From contig CBDCQT010000013.1 in the NCBI GenBank assembly GCA_965220745.1, forward strand, positions 1-64,000: DNA of 64,000 nt, written 5' to 3'. This DNA is from Alphaproteobacteria bacterium (GTDB lineage: Bacteria > Pseudomonadota > Alphaproteobacteria > UBA828). Positions 31,489 through 43,571 of this stretch are shown one piece after another. The stretch's first letter is position 1. Every line of letters starts with the position of its first letter. The notes beneath the pieces are model-generated. The model was not told the origin of the DNA and did not search any database. It worked only from the letters and a program-made list of their open reading frames with translations. The position numbers and the translations under genes were made by a program.

Positions 31489-33876
31489 TCAAATCTTGCC
31501 GAGCGCGCGCAGCACCTTCTGGGGCGTGAACGGCATGTCGGTGAGCCGCGCGGCGAAGGGCGCGAGCGCGTCGTTGAGCGCATTCATCACCGCGGCCGGC
31601 GCGCCGCAGGTGCCGGCCTCACCCACCCCCTTGGCGCCGAGATCGGATTCGAACGTGGGCGAGACCACATGGCCGCAACGCATGTCGGGCAGTTCCGCCG
31701 CCATGGGCACGAGATAGTCCGCCATGGTGGCGTTCAGCAACTGCCCGTCGCTGTCGTACACGCACTGCTCCCAGAGCGCGCCGCCCAGCCCCTGTACGAT
31801 ACCGCCCCGGATCTGCTCGTCCACGAGCTGCGGGTTGATGACGGTGCCGCAGTCCTCGATGCACCAGTGATCCAGGAGCGAGATGAAGCCGGTCTCGACA
31901 TCGACCTCCAGATATGAAGCCTGCGCGCCGTTGGTGAAGGCGAAGGGGTATTGGCGCGGGACATAGTGCCGGGTCGCGACCAGCTCGGACTGGAAGCCGT
32001 CCGGCAGGGTATCGGGCCGGTAGTAGCAGACGCGCCCGACCTCATCGAGGCCGATACGCTCCGCTCCGCTCGCCCTGTCCACCACGACCCCGCCCTGGAT
32101 GTCCAGGTTCTCCGCCTCCTCCTGGAGCATGACCGCCGCCGCGCGCAGGATCTGCTGCCTGAGCGCGCGGCCCGCCTGGGCCACCGCCTCGCCGCCGATG
32201 CCGGCCGCGCGCGAGGCCCATGTGCCGCCGCCATAGGGCGTGTGCTCCGTGTCGCCGGTGACGATCTTGAGCCGTTCCGGAGGTACGCCGACGGCCGTCG
32301 CCGCGACCTGCGAGATCACCGCCTCCATGCCCTGGCCCTGCTCGGTCGCGCCGGTCGCGACGAACACGTTGCCCTTGGCGTCGAGGCGCATCGTCGCCCC
32401 GTCCTGGGCGGATATGCGCGCGCCGCCCACGCCGTAGAACATCGCCGACGGGTTGGTGACCTCGATGAAGCTGGCGAGGCCGATGCCGCGATAGACCCTC
32501 TCGGCGCGGAGCGCGTCGCGCTCCGCCTTCAGGGCGTCATAGTCCATGGCGTCCAGGAGCTTCGCGAGGCTCTCCTGGTGCGAGAGGTTCTCGAACGGGA
32601 GCCCCTGCGCCGACCGGCAGGGGTAGGAATCGTCCGCGCGCAGGTTCCTGCGGCGAATCTCGGCCGGATCCAGGCCGGTGGCACGCGCCGCCGCATCCAC
32701 CAGCCCCTCGGTCACCGCGCATTTGACCGGATGGCCGACCGCGCGGTACTGGCACATCATGTTCTTGTTCTGGAAGACGACGGTCGCCTGCGCCCGGTAG
32801 TGGTCGAAGGCATAGGGGCCGCCCGTCAGGTTCACGATCTGGTTCGACTCGATGCCGCTCGTGCGCGGATACATGGAATAGGGGCCGATCCCGCTGAGCG
32901 CGTCGATCTCGAACGCGAGAATGGTGCCGTCGTCCTTGACGGCGACCTTGCCCAGGACCCGCTGGTCGCGCGCATGGATGTCGGACAGGAAGCTCTCCAG
33001 CCTGTCCGCCACGAACTTGACCGGCCGCTTGAGCAGGAGCGAGAGCCCCACGGTCGCGAGCTCGTCCGCATAGGTGTGGACCTTGATCCCGAACGAGCCG
33101 CCGACATCGCGCGCGATCACGCGGACCCGGTGTTCGTCCAGGCGGAAATGGGTCGCGAGGATGTTCTGGACCATGTGCGGGCACTGGTTGTTGTGCCACA
33201 CGGTGAGCTGACCTTCTCCCGGATTCCAGTCCGCGAGGATGGCGCGCGGCTCGACGCACACCCCTGTGTGCCGGGCAAAGACATAGGTTTCCTCGACGAT
33301 GTGGTCGGCCTCCGCATAGGCGGCCTCGATATCGCCGAAATCCGCATTGCGCCGCCAGGCGAGGTTGTCGCCGAGGCTCCCGTGGATGACGGTCGTGGCG
33401 GGGTCGAGCGCGGTCTCGGCGTCGGTGACGGCCGGCAGCACCTCCCAGTCGATCTTCACGAGCCCCGCCGCATCCTCGGCCCTGGCGCGACTCTTGGCGA
33501 CCACTGCAACCACCGCCTCGCCCTGCCAGGTCGCCGTCTCCAGCGGCAGCGCATATTGCGGCGCGGACTTGAGGCCCTGGAGATGCGACAGCACGCCGAC
33601 CCAGGGGTCGTGGATCTCCGCGAGCTCGCGTCCGGTCACCACCGCGATTACCCCAGGCGCCGCCCTGGCCGCCTCCGCGTCGATGGATCCGATCCGGGCA
33701 TGGGCGTGGGGCGAGCGCACGAAGGCCGCGTGCCCCGTCCGCCCGCCGGTTTCGATATCGTCGACGAAGGCGCCGCGCCCTTCCGCGAGGCGGGGCGCAT
33801 TGGGGCGCGGAACGGACCGGCCGATATAGGAGTTCGGGCGGTCGAGCAGCCAGCGGTCCGCGATGAGATCGGTCAT
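31489..33876 (-). CDS. Xanthine dehydrogenase family molybdopterin-binding subunit (CoxL-like)
   Basis: VGGSFGIK, QYRAVG, GGGTWASR, GAKGVGE. Confidence 0.9.
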   Translation of the reverse strand: MTDLIADRWLLDRPNSYIGRSVPRPNAPRLAEGRGAFVDDIETGGRTGHAAFVRSPHAHARIGSIDAEAARAAPGVIAVVTGRELAEIHDPWVGVLSHLQGLKSAPQYALPLETATWQGEAVVAVVAKSRARAEDAAGLVKIDWEVLPAVTDAETALDPATTVIHGSLGDNLAWRRNADFGDIEAAYAEADHIVEETYVFARHTGVCVEPRAILADWNPGEGQLTVWHNNQCPHMVQNILATHFRLDEHRVRVIARDVGGSFGIKVHTYADELATVGLSLLLKRPVKFVADRLESFLSDIHARDQRVLGKVAVKDDGTILAFEIDALSGIGPYSMYPRTSGIESNQIVNLTGGPYAFDHYRAQATVVFQNKNMMCQYRAVGHPVKCAVTEGLVDAAARATGLDPAEIRRRNLRADDSYPCRSAQGLPFENLSHQESLAKLLDAMDYDALKAERDALRAERVYRGIGLASFIEVTNPSAMFYGVGGARISAQDGATMRLDAKGNVFVATGATEQGQGMEAVISQVAATAVGVPPERLKIVTGDTEHTPYGGGTWASRAAGIGGEAVAQAGRALRQQILRAAAVMLQEEAENLDIQGGVVVDRASGAERIGLDEVGRVCYYRPDTLPDGFQSELVATRHYVPRQYPFAFTNGAQASYLEVDVETGFISLLDHWCIEDCGTVINPQLVDEQIRGGIVQGLGGALWEQCVYDSDGQLLNATMADYLVPMAAELPDMRCGHVVSPTFESDLGAKGVGEAGTCGAPAAVMNALNDALAPFAARLTDMPFTPQKVLRALGKI

Positions 33877-34355
33877 GACGGGCCTCCCTCGCGCTGGCGC
33901 GCCATCTCGAACGCATCCACGATCGCCTCATAGCCCGTGCACCGGCAATAATTGCCGGAGATGAATTCGCGAATCTCCTGCCGGCTCGCGCCCGGATTGC
34001 GCTCCCTTAGCTCGGCGCAGGTCAGCAGCATGCCGGGGGTGCAGTAGCCGCACTGGAGCGCGTTGCGCTCGACGAATGCCTCCTGGAGGTCGCGGATCTC
34101 GCCGGTGTCGCTCAACCCCTCGATGGTCCAGACATCGGCGCCGTCCGCCTGCGCGGCCAGCATGAGGCAGCCGCGCACGATGCGCCCGTCCACCCGCACG
34201 GTGCAGGCGCCGCACACGCCGTGCTCGCAGCCGACATGGCTGCCGGTGAGGCCGAGCTCCTCGCGCAGGAAGTCCACCAGGTTCATCCGCGCCTCGATCC
34301 GGCGGCTCGCCCGCTCGCCGTTGACCCGCAGGCCGATTTCGACAGTGCTGTCCAT
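33873..34355 (-). CDS. 2Fe-2S subunit (CoxS-like)
   Basis: GCEHGVCGACTV, QCGYCTPG, CRCTGY. Confidence 0.93.
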   Translation of the reverse strand: MDSTVEIGLRVNGERASRRIEARMNLVDFLREELGLTGSHVGCEHGVCGACTVRVDGRIVRGCLMLAAQADGADVWTIEGLSDTGEIRDLQEAFVERNALQCGYCTPGMLLTCAELRERNPGASRQEIREFISGNYCRCTGYEAIVDAFEMARQREGGPS

Positions 34356-34367
34356 CGTTCCCCTCCC

Positions 34368-35222
34368 TCAGGCCGCCAGCGGGGCTAGAACCCGCCGGGC
34401 GAGGACCCCGGCGAGGTGCCGGCGCATCGCCGCATCCGCATTCAGGTCCTCCAACGGGTCGAGCTCCTCCTTGAGCGCATCGGCGAGCCGGTCGCCGAGG
34501 GCGTCCGACCAGCTCTCGCCTTCGAGCAGGGCCGCGCTCCGCACGGCGGAGACGGACCGCTCGCCCACCCCGAAGAAGACGAGGCTGCCCTGGCCGAACC
34601 TGCCGTCCTGCACCTCGACATGGGCGGCGAGTCCGATCATCGCGTAGTCGCCGTGCCGCCGCGCCAGCTCCATGAAGCCCGACCTCCAGCCCGCTCCGAT
34701 GCCCGGCACGTCGATTGCGGTCAGCACCTCGCCCGGCTCGAGGGCAGTCTCGTAGAGGCCCCGGAAGAACGCGTCCGCAGCCACGGTTCGGGTGCCGCCC
34801 TTGCCCGCAATCGTCATGCGTGCGCCGAGGGCAACCGCGCAGGCCGGGAGCTCGGCCGCCGGGTCGGCCAACGCGATGGAGCCGCCGAACGTGCCGCAAT
34901 TGCGCACCGCCGGATGGGCGATGTGCGGCATGGCGCTGGCGATGAGCGGCGCCTGGGAGGCGACGAGGTCCGAGGCTTCCACCTCCGCATGGCGGGTCAT
35001 GGCTCCGATCCGAAGCCCATCGTCGGTTTCCTCGATGCCCGCAAGGCCCGGCACGCGGCCGATATCGACCAGCACCTCCGGCGCGGAGAGCCGCATGTTG
35101 AGGGTGGCCATCAGGCTCTGGCCGCCTGCGAGAACTCTCGCGTCCTCCCCGTGCTCGTCCAGCAAGGCGATGGCATCTTCGAGTTTTTCCGGCCTGACAT
35201 AGGCGAATGGGGCAGGTTTCAT
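34368..35222 (-). CDS. FAD-binding subunit (CoxM-like)
   Basis: MKPAPFAY, AGGQSL, ADPAAELP. Confidence 0.93.
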   Translation of the reverse strand: MKPAPFAYVRPEKLEDAIALLDEHGEDARVLAGGQSLMATLNMRLSAPEVLVDIGRVPGLAGIEETDDGLRIGAMTRHAEVEASDLVASQAPLIASAMPHIAHPAVRNCGTFGGSIALADPAAELPACAVALGARMTIAGKGGTRTVAADAFFRGLYETALEPGEVLTAIDVPGIGAGWRSGFMELARRHGDYAMIGLAAHVEVQDGRFGQGSLVFFGVGERSVSAVRSAALLEGESWSDALGDRLADALKEELDPLEDLNADAAMRRHLAGVLARRVLAPLAA

Positions 35223-35414
35223 GAGCGCGTTCCCCCGCTATTGCGCCGGATGAGCATCATCGGGATGTCGTTCGGCTCCACCGTATAGGGGATGGATGCG
35301 AGCGTACCGTGTTTGGTCCGGATGTCGAAGGGCCGGTCCCCCGTCGGGCAGTCGGCGGCATATTCGATGCCCGCCTCGGCAGTCATTACGACCTGATATT
35401 CGGGTGTGTGCGCT

Positions 35415-36344
35415 CTACGCGCCCCTGAGCCGCGGATCGAGCGCGTCGCGCAGGCCGTCGCCGATGTAGTTGACGCTCAGCACCGTGAGCGAGATCGCCA
35501 GTCCGGGCCAGAGTACACGCTCCGGCGTGACGGAAATGAAGTTGGCGCCGTCGAAGAGTAGCCGGCCCCAAGTCGGGAAGTCCGGCGGAAAGCCGAGTCC
35601 TAAGAACGAGAGCGCCGATTCCGTGATGATCGCGTTGGCGATGCCCAATGTCGCCGAGACCATGATCGGGCTCAGCACGTTGGGCAGGATGTGGCGGGTG
35701 ATGATGCGCCGCCGGCGCGTCCCGATGCTGCGCGCCGCGGTCACGAACTCGCGCTCCCGGAGCGCCAGCACGTCGCCCCGGACGATGCGCGCGGTCTGCA
35801 TCCAGCTCGTGATGCCGATGATGAACACCACCAGCAGGAAGATCCCGGTCTCCGGGCCGAAGGCGGCGCGCAGGCTGTCGCGGAACAGCATGATCACCAC
35901 CAGCAGCAGCGGCAGAAGCGGCAGCGCCAGGAACATGTCGGTGAGCCGCATCAGGAGGCCGTCGATCTGCCTGAAGTAGCCCGCGAGCACGCCCACCAGG
36001 GTGCCGAGCACCAGCGCGATCATCATGGCGGTGAAGCCGACGGCCAGCGAGATGCGCCCGCCCGCCAGCACCTGGGCCAGCGTGTCGCGGCCGAGGTTGT
36101 CGGTCCCCATCGGGTGCTTGAGGGAGGGGCCCTCGTTCTTTGCCAGGATGTCGAGATAGTGCGGGTCCACGGTGTGGATCAGCGGGCCGAGGGCGACCGC
36201 GAGCGCGATGGCGAGAAAGACTCCCGCGCCCACCAGCGCGCCCGTGTGGTTGCGGAAGGCGAGCCACACGTCCATCCAGAGCGACCGGTGTCGTTGCAAC
36301 CCGCGTGGGGGGGCGGTGAGGTCGGAAGATTGCGCAGCCGGCAT
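35415..36344 (-). CDS. Peptide ABC transporter permease (OppC/DppC type)
   Basis: HPMGTDNLGRD, ESALSFLGLG. Confidence 0.93.
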   Translation of the reverse strand: MPAAQSSDLTAPPRGLQRHRSLWMDVWLAFRNHTGALVGAGVFLAIALAVALGPLIHTVDPHYLDILAKNEGPSLKHPMGTDNLGRDTLAQVLAGGRISLAVGFTAMMIALVLGTLVGVLAGYFRQIDGLLMRLTDMFLALPLLPLLLVVIMLFRDSLRAAFGPETGIFLLVVFIIGITSWMQTARIVRGDVLALREREFVTAARSIGTRRRRIITRHILPNVLSPIMVSATLGIANAIITESALSFLGLGFPPDFPTWGRLLFDGANFISVTPERVLWPGLAISLTVLSVNYIGDGLRDALDPRLRGA

Positions 36345-36347
36345 CGT

Positions 36348-37361
36348 TCAGCCGTAGCGGATGCGCGGATCGAGGATGCCGTAGAGCACATCCGCGATCA
36401 GGTTGAAGATCACGATCAGCACCGCGAACAGGAAGGAGAGCGTCTGCACCAGGGGAATGTCAGCGCCCTGGATCGCGGTGATCAGCAGCTCGCCGATGCC
36501 GTTCACTCGAAAGATCTTCTCCGTGATGATGGCGCCGCCGAAGACGGTGGGGATGCCGAGCGCGATCAGCGTCACCACCGGGATCAGGCTGTTGCGCAGC
36601 ACGTGGATGAACAGAACGATCCGCTCGCGCAGGCCCTTGGCGCGGGCCGTGCGCACGTAGTCCTGCGTCAGGTTGTCCAGCACGGCGGCGCGCATGAAGC
36701 GGCTGATCTGGGCTGCGTTGAAGAGCGCGAGCACCATCACCGGCATTGCCATCTGCTTGATCTGCACCCAGAAGCTCGAGAGATCGGTCACCCGGTGCGT
36801 GGTGTCGTAGATCGACGGCAGCCATTGCAGGCTGACGCTGAATACGATGATCGCGAGCAGCCCGGTGAAGAACGTCGGCACCGAGAAGCCGATCATGGAG
36901 ACGAAGGTGCCCAGCTGGTCGAACCACGAATACTGCCGGTAGGCCGAGACGATGCCGATCGGGATCGCGATCAGGATGCCGATCAGGTAGGAGAGCCCGA
37001 CCACCCAGAGCGTCTGCGGCAGGCGCTCGATGATGAGGTCCACGACCGGGCTGCGTGTCGCCCACGAGCGCACCCGCAGGCGCTCCTCGGAAGCGCCGAT
37101 CTCCACGCCGAACGCCCGCTCGATGAGGTTGAGCGGCTCGTTGACGAAGAACTGCTCCATCCACTTGGCGTAGCGGATGTGGAAGGCTTCCCCGAGCCCG
37201 AGCGACTCGCGGATCTGCTCGCGCGCTTCCGCCGGGATGGTGAGCGGGAGCTGGCCGGTGGGGTCATTGGGCGCGAGGTCGAGGAGGGCGAAGAGGATGA
37301 AGCTGATTGCGATCAGCGTCGGCACTGCGAAGAGCAGGCGGCGAATGATGTAGTGGGTCAT
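36348..37361 (-). CDS. Peptide ABC transporter permease (OppB/DppB type)
   Basis: YIIRRLL, DYVRTARAKGL, LDPRI. Confidence 0.93.
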   Translation of the reverse strand: MTHYIIRRLLFAVPTLIAISFILFALLDLAPNDPTGQLPLTIPAEAREQIRESLGLGEAFHIRYAKWMEQFFVNEPLNLIERAFGVEIGASEERLRVRSWATRSPVVDLIIERLPQTLWVVGLSYLIGILIAIPIGIVSAYRQYSWFDQLGTFVSMIGFSVPTFFTGLLAIIVFSVSLQWLPSIYDTTHRVTDLSSFWVQIKQMAMPVMVLALFNAAQISRFMRAAVLDNLTQDYVRTARAKGLRERIVLFIHVLRNSLIPVVTLIALGIPTVFGGAIITEKIFRVNGIGELLITAIQGADIPLVQTLSFLFAVLIVIFNLIADVLYGILDPRIRYG

Positions 37362-37467
37362 TGCCCGCGCCGTTCACCCTGATTCACTGAGGCGGCGCGC
37401 GGTCGATTGCCGCGCACCGCCTACCAACTCGACGGCCTTGGGCCGTTGGATCGGCCGGCTGACCGCG

Positions 37468-39180
37468 TCAGCGATGCCAGTCCGCGATGTTCCACAGCTC
37501 CGAGTCCCAGGGGTTCACGCGTACGCCCTGCAGCGTGTTCGCATGCGCCGAGACCCTCGCCCGCCAGATCAGCGGGATCACGTACTGGTTCTGGACGATG
37601 ATGTCGTTCATCCGCTTGCCGATGGCGGCGCGTTCGTCCAGCGATGCCGTCACGGCCATCTCCGCAGCAAGGGCGTCGTACTCCGCATTGCAGGCGCGCG
37701 CGATGTTGCCGCCGAGCCACTGGTTCTCGGGCCCTGGGATTTCCGAGCATCGCCAGTTGGCCATGTAGGCTTCGGGATCCACGCCGTCGAAGTTGTTCGT
37801 GTACATCTGAATGTCGGCGTAGAACTTCATGTAGGTGTCGGGGCTGGCCGGGTCGCCGCCGAAGAACACCGCCGCATCGATATTGCGCAGCTCCGTCTCG
37901 ACCCCGATCTGCCCCCACATCTGCTTGATCAGCGCCTGCGTGCCCTGGCGCACGGAGTTGGTGGAGGTCTGGTAGAGGATTGAAAGGCGCACGCCGTCCC
38001 TCTCCCTCACGCCGTCATCGCCCGGCAGCCAGCCGGCCTCATCGAGGATGCGGTTGGCCTCCTCGATATTCTGGGTCATGCAGGCATCGTTGGCGTCCGA
38101 CGCGTAGACCGGCGGCGCGGGCAGGACGTTGCAGGTGACTTGACCGGCTGCGCCGTAGCCGAAATCGACCAGGATCTGGCGGTCGATGGCCAGCGAGAGC
38201 GCGCGCCGCACCGCCGGGTCCGAGAGGAAGGGGTGCGGGTTGGTCCCGTCGAGGTGGAGCGACCGCGTGTCCTTGTCGAGGTCGGGGGAATTGTTGGTCT
38301 GATTGACCACCAGACGCTCCACCATCGTGCCGAAGCCGGCGATCACCTGGCCCTTGCCGTTCGCCACCATCTGCTCCAGCACTTCGGGCTCGATCTGCAG
38401 GTTCCAGGCGTAATCGAACTCGCCGGTGGAGAGCACGGCGCGCGCGGCCGAGGTGGCGTCACCGCCGCCCTTGAAGGTGACGGTGGCGAAGGCGGGCTTG
38501 TCGGGCTCGCGATAGTTCTCGTTGGCCGAGAGGACGATAACGTCGTTGGCGCGGAACTCGTCCACCTTGAAGGGGCCGGTGCCGATGGGTCCGAAATTCT
38601 GCTCCGTGCAGGTCTGCGCCTTGGCGCCGGTGCAGTTCTCGAACTGCGCCTTCTGCAGAATGGGCGAGGTGGAGCCGACGAACGGCCCGTAGGGGAAGGG
38701 CTTCGCCACGCCGAAGTTGATGCGCACGGTGAGGTCGTCCAGCGCCTCCACCTTGGTGACATCGGTGAAGCTGGAGAGTGGGTTGCAGCCCATCTCCTCG
38801 TTCAGGCAGTACGCGGCGGAGAACACCACGTCGGCGGCGGTGAACGGCGTGCCGTCGGACCACACGATATCCTGCCTGAGCGGCCAGGTGATGGACATCA
38901 GGTCGGCCGCCACGCCGCCGTTCTCCACGGTCGGAATGTCGGCGGCAAGCGCCGGGATCATGGTTCCCGTCTCGTCGTAGCGGGCCAGCGGCTCCAGCAC
39001 CAGCGATGCCGCCTCGATGTCCTTGGTGCCGCCGGAGAGGTACGGATTGACGGTCGAGACCGCCTGCCAATAGAGGATTTTCAGTTGGCCGTCGCGTCCG
39101 CGCTCGGCAAGGGCCGAGGTGGAGAGCATCGCTACCGCGAGCGCCGCGATCGTCAAGCTGAACAGGGGTTTTTTGAGCAT
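37468..39180 (-). CDS. Peptide ABC transporter substrate-binding protein (family 5)
   Basis: Signal peptide, WSDGTPFTAADV, PIGTGPF. Confidence 0.92.
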   Translation of the reverse strand: MLKKPLFSLTIAALAVAMLSTSALAERGRDGQLKILYWQAVSTVNPYLSGGTKDIEAASLVLEPLARYDETGTMIPALAADIPTVENGGVAADLMSITWPLRQDIVWSDGTPFTAADVVFSAAYCLNEEMGCNPLSSFTDVTKVEALDDLTVRINFGVAKPFPYGPFVGSTSPILQKAQFENCTGAKAQTCTEQNFGPIGTGPFKVDEFRANDVIVLSANENYREPDKPAFATVTFKGGGDATSAARAVLSTGEFDYAWNLQIEPEVLEQMVANGKGQVIAGFGTMVERLVVNQTNNSPDLDKDTRSLHLDGTNPHPFLSDPAVRRALSLAIDRQILVDFGYGAAGQVTCNVLPAPPVYASDANDACMTQNIEEANRILDEAGWLPGDDGVRERDGVRLSILYQTSTNSVRQGTQALIKQMWGQIGVETELRNIDAAVFFGGDPASPDTYMKFYADIQMYTNNFDGVDPEAYMANWRCSEIPGPENQWLGGNIARACNAEYDALAAEMAVTASLDERAAIGKRMNDIIVQNQYVIPLIWRARVSAHANTLQGVRVNPWDSELWNIADWHR

Positions 39181-40216
39181 GTCGCGGGCCTCCAGTTGGG
39201 AGGGGTGGGGCGCGCCTGAGCGCATACCCCGCATCATCTGCCATCATTCCGCCAGGTGACAAGCAACCTGGTGGCCGGGGCGGAGGGTGCGCCACTCCGG
39301 CGCTCTCTCGGAGCATTCCGCCACCGCCACCGGGCAGCGGGTGCTGAAGCGGCAGCCCGGCGGCGGCGCGGCCGGGCTCGGCACGTCGCCCTCCAGGATG
39401 ATGCGCTTCCGCGTGGCCTCGCGCTCGGGATCGTGCGTCGGCACCGCCGAGAGCAACGCACGCGTGTAGGGGTGCAGCGGCTCCTCGTAGAGCGCATCGC
39501 TGGTTGCCAGCTCGACGATCTTGCCGAGGTACATCACCGCCACCCGGTCGGCGACGTGGCGCACCATGCGCAGGTCGTGGGAAATGAAGAGGTAGGTAAG
39601 GCCGAGGCGCTCCTGAAGCTCCTTCAAGAGGTTCACCACCTGCGCCTGGATCGAGACGTCGAGCGCCGCGATCGGCTCGTCGCAGACGACGAACTCGGGG
39701 TTGAGCGCGAGCGCTCTTGCCACGCCGATGCGCTGGCGCTGTCCGCCGGAGAACTCGTGCGGGTAGCGGTTGGCAAACGCCGGGTCGAGGCCCACCGCGT
39801 CCAGTAACGCCTCCACGCGCTCCCTCAGCGCCGCGCCCGCCGCCACCCCGTGCTCGCGCAGCGGCTCGCCGACGATGCTGCCCACGGTCATGCGCGGGTT
39901 CAGGCTGTCCTGCGGGTCCTGGAAGATCATCTGCATGTGCGGGCGGAGCTGCCGCAGCGCCTCGCCCTGGAGCGCCGTGATGTCCTCGCCGCGAAACCTC
40001 ACCCGCCCGGCCGTCGGCGCGTAGAGGCGCAGGATCACCCGGCCGACGGTCGACTTGCCGCAGCCGCTCTCGCCCACCAGGCCCAGCGTCTCGCGCGGAT
40101 GGATCGCGAAGTCGAGACCGTCTACCGCCCGCACGCTGCCCACCTCGCGGCGCAGGACCCCGCGCAGGATCGGGAAGTGCTTGGTCAGGTTCTCGACCGC
40201 GACGAGGGGGCCAGGC

Positions 40217-41233
<1,017 letters not shown>

Positions 41234-41410
41234 CAGCAGGCCCTAAGCTGCGTCCTGGGCGGCGCTCGTCGATGGTCGGTTATCGATCAACCGTCGCGGC
41301 TCCTCGAACCTGCCCTGTCCCGGTGGCTGCGATCCTAACCGCCGCCCGATAGCCCGTGCTAGTCTCCCGCGCCGGATTCGGGCGCGGCGAGGACGGACGG
41401 CGGGGCGGAG

Positions 41411-42610
41411 ATGACGGGGCAGGGCAGGGAGCGGCTGGGCAGGGCCGACATCGTGGTGGTCGGCGCGGGAATCATGGGGGCGAGTATCGCCTTCCAGCTG
41501 ACGCGGCAATCCGGCCGTAAGGTCGTGGTGGTGGACGAGCGGCCACCCGTCGGCGGTATGTCGGGTCGCACCTTCGGGCAGATTCGCCAGCACTACTCCA
41601 ACGCGCTGATGGTCGAGATGGCGATCCGCGGTTTCGACGTGCTGAACAACTGGCAGGCTGAGGTCGGCGTCGGCGACCCCGGCTACGTCAGGCTCGGCTA
41701 CATGCTGCTGGTGGTCGAAGCGCAGGTGGAGGCCTGCCGGCGCAACGTCGAGCTCGGCCGCCAGCTCGGAGTCGATACCCGCTTCGCCAGCCCCGACGAG
41801 ATCAAGGCGCTGGAGCCCGCGCTCGTCACCGACGATCTCGCCGGCGGCGCCTGGGAGCCCAACGGCGGCTACATCGACGTGACCCGCATGGTGCTGAGCT
41901 GGCTCGGCGCAGCCCAGGCGGCGGGCGCGACGCTCCATTCCGGGCTCCGGGTGGAGCGGATCGCCACTGCAGACGGCCGCGTCGTGGGCGTGGACACCGC
42001 CGGGGGCCGCATCGAGGCGCCAACCGTGATCGCCGCGACCGGCGCGTGGATCACCGATCTGCTCGGGCCGCTCGGCATCGACGCGCCCATCGAGCGCCGC
42101 CGCCTCGACATGGCCTATCTGGAACAACCGCCGGGCCGGCCCACCATTCGCACCTGCATCACCGACGGCAACTCCAACGTCGTCATGCGTCCGGACATGG
42201 GGCCCTACCTGCTCGCGGTCGCCTATCCCAACGAGATGCCCGAGGTCGCCGATCCCACCGCGCCTGCGCCGGCGGAAGACGAGGCCCGCCATCGCACGCG
42301 GCTCGACAAGGCGCTCGCCGAGCGGCTGCCGGACTTCGTCGATGCCAGGGTCGTGCGCACGGTCTCCGGCGCCTACGACATCACGCCGGACTTTCATCCG
42401 ATCCTCGGTTGGGTGCCGGGGCTGGAGGGGCTCTATCTCGCCGCCGGCTTCTCGGGCCACGGGCTCAAGCTCTCGCCGGCGGTGGGCGAGTGCGTGGCCG
42501 CCGCCGTGCTGGGCGCGGACTCGCCCCTCGACATCCGCCCGCTGCGGCCCACGCGCTTTGCCGAGGGCGATCCCATGTACCTCGCCTACGGGCCGTCCGC
42601 GCGCGCCTGA
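41411..42610 (+). CDS. FAD-dependent oxidoreductase, DAO/sarcosine oxidase beta family
   Basis: GAGIMG, TPDFHPILG, GFSGHG. Confidence 0.88.
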   Translation: MTGQGRERLGRADIVVVGAGIMGASIAFQLTRQSGRKVVVVDERPPVGGMSGRTFGQIRQHYSNALMVEMAIRGFDVLNNWQAEVGVGDPGYVRLGYMLLVVEAQVEACRRNVELGRQLGVDTRFASPDEIKALEPALVTDDLAGGAWEPNGGYIDVTRMVLSWLGAAQAAGATLHSGLRVERIATADGRVVGVDTAGGRIEAPTVIAATGAWITDLLGPLGIDAPIERRRLDMAYLEQPPGRPTIRTCITDGNSNVVMRPDMGPYLLAVAYPNEMPEVADPTAPAPAEDEARHRTRLDKALAERLPDFVDARVVRTVSGAYDITPDFHPILGWVPGLEGLYLAAGFSGHGLKLSPAVGECVAAAVLGADSPLDIRPLRPTRFAEGDPMYLAYGPSARA

Positions 42611-42686
42611 CGGCGATCTATACCGCCCAACTCAGGAATGGAATAATCCCCCCACGCCGCGCGCCGGACCGGACGAGGATCCCGCC

Positions 42687-43553
42687 ATGCCGACCCTGAC
42701 CGATGAGCAGCACCGCCAGTGGGCGGTCGATGGCTACATCCATCTGGAAGGCGCGTTGGCGCCGCAGGAGGTCTCGCTCTACTGCGGGTTGATCGATTCC
42801 CTGCGTCCGCAGGCGGGATGGGAGCCGCAACCGGGCCTGCCGTTCGGCCATTACGCTTGGGTGGAGCGCAACGCGACGGCGGACGATCTCGACTCCTTCA
42901 TGGACCGCCGGGATATCCTGGGCTACGCCGAGCCGTTCCGGGATCTCATCGACCGGCCCAACGTCTTCGACCCGATCCTCGAACTCATGGGCCCCTACAT
43001 CGTGCTCAGCATGTCGCAGGCCATCGTCCGCGCATCCACGACCGAGTTTCCCGGCTTCATCCACACGGACGGCGGGCAGGCGCTCCGGCAGATTCGCGTG
43101 ACCGAGACCAGCAGGCCGCTGGCGGTGAAGGCCCTCTACCTCCTCACCGATGTCGAGGGGACGGACAACGGCAATTTCACGGTCTTCCCCGGCAGCCATC
43201 TGCAGCAGATCCCGTTCGACAGCGACGCCGCCCCGACCCCCCACTCGCCGGGCGCCGTCCAGCTGGGCGGGAAGGCGGGCGATTGCTATCTGTTCAGCCA
43301 CTCGCTGTGGCATGGGCCCGCGCCGAACCGTTCCGGCAAGGGCCGCAAGACGCTGCTCTACAACTACGCGCAGATGTTCGTGAAGCCCTACGACTTCCCC
43401 ACCATCGCCGGCGCCATGGACAAATGCACGCCGCGTCAGCGCCGGCTCCTGGGCGACCTCGGACACGACCCGAGGCTGGGCGACTACTTCTACGTGCCCG
43501 AGGACCAGGAGGACGTCATGCTCCAGCGATCCGGAGCCCGGCAGGCAGCCTGA
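42687..43553 (+). CDS. Phytanoyl-CoA dioxygenase (PhyH) family Fe/2OG enzyme
   Basis: DGYIHL, HTD, PGSH, AGD..LWH. Confidence 0.88.
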   Translation: MPTLTDEQHRQWAVDGYIHLEGALAPQEVSLYCGLIDSLRPQAGWEPQPGLPFGHYAWVERNATADDLDSFMDRRDILGYAEPFRDLIDRPNVFDPILELMGPYIVLSMSQAIVRASTTEFPGFIHTDGGQALRQIRVTETSRPLAVKALYLLTDVEGTDNGNFTVFPGSHLQQIPFDSDAAPTPHSPGAVQLGGKAGDCYLFSHSLWHGPAPNRSGKGRKTLLYNYAQMFVKPYDFPTIAGAMDKCTPRQRRLLGDLGHDPRLGDYFYVPEDQEDVMLQRSGARQAA

Positions 43554-43571
43554 TCGGACCGGGCTCGCGCC

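Noticed and set aside
31489-35222. Genuine aerobic CO dehydrogenase
   Set aside because: The large subunit has QYRAVG rather than the form I AYxCSFR motif; substrate unknown.
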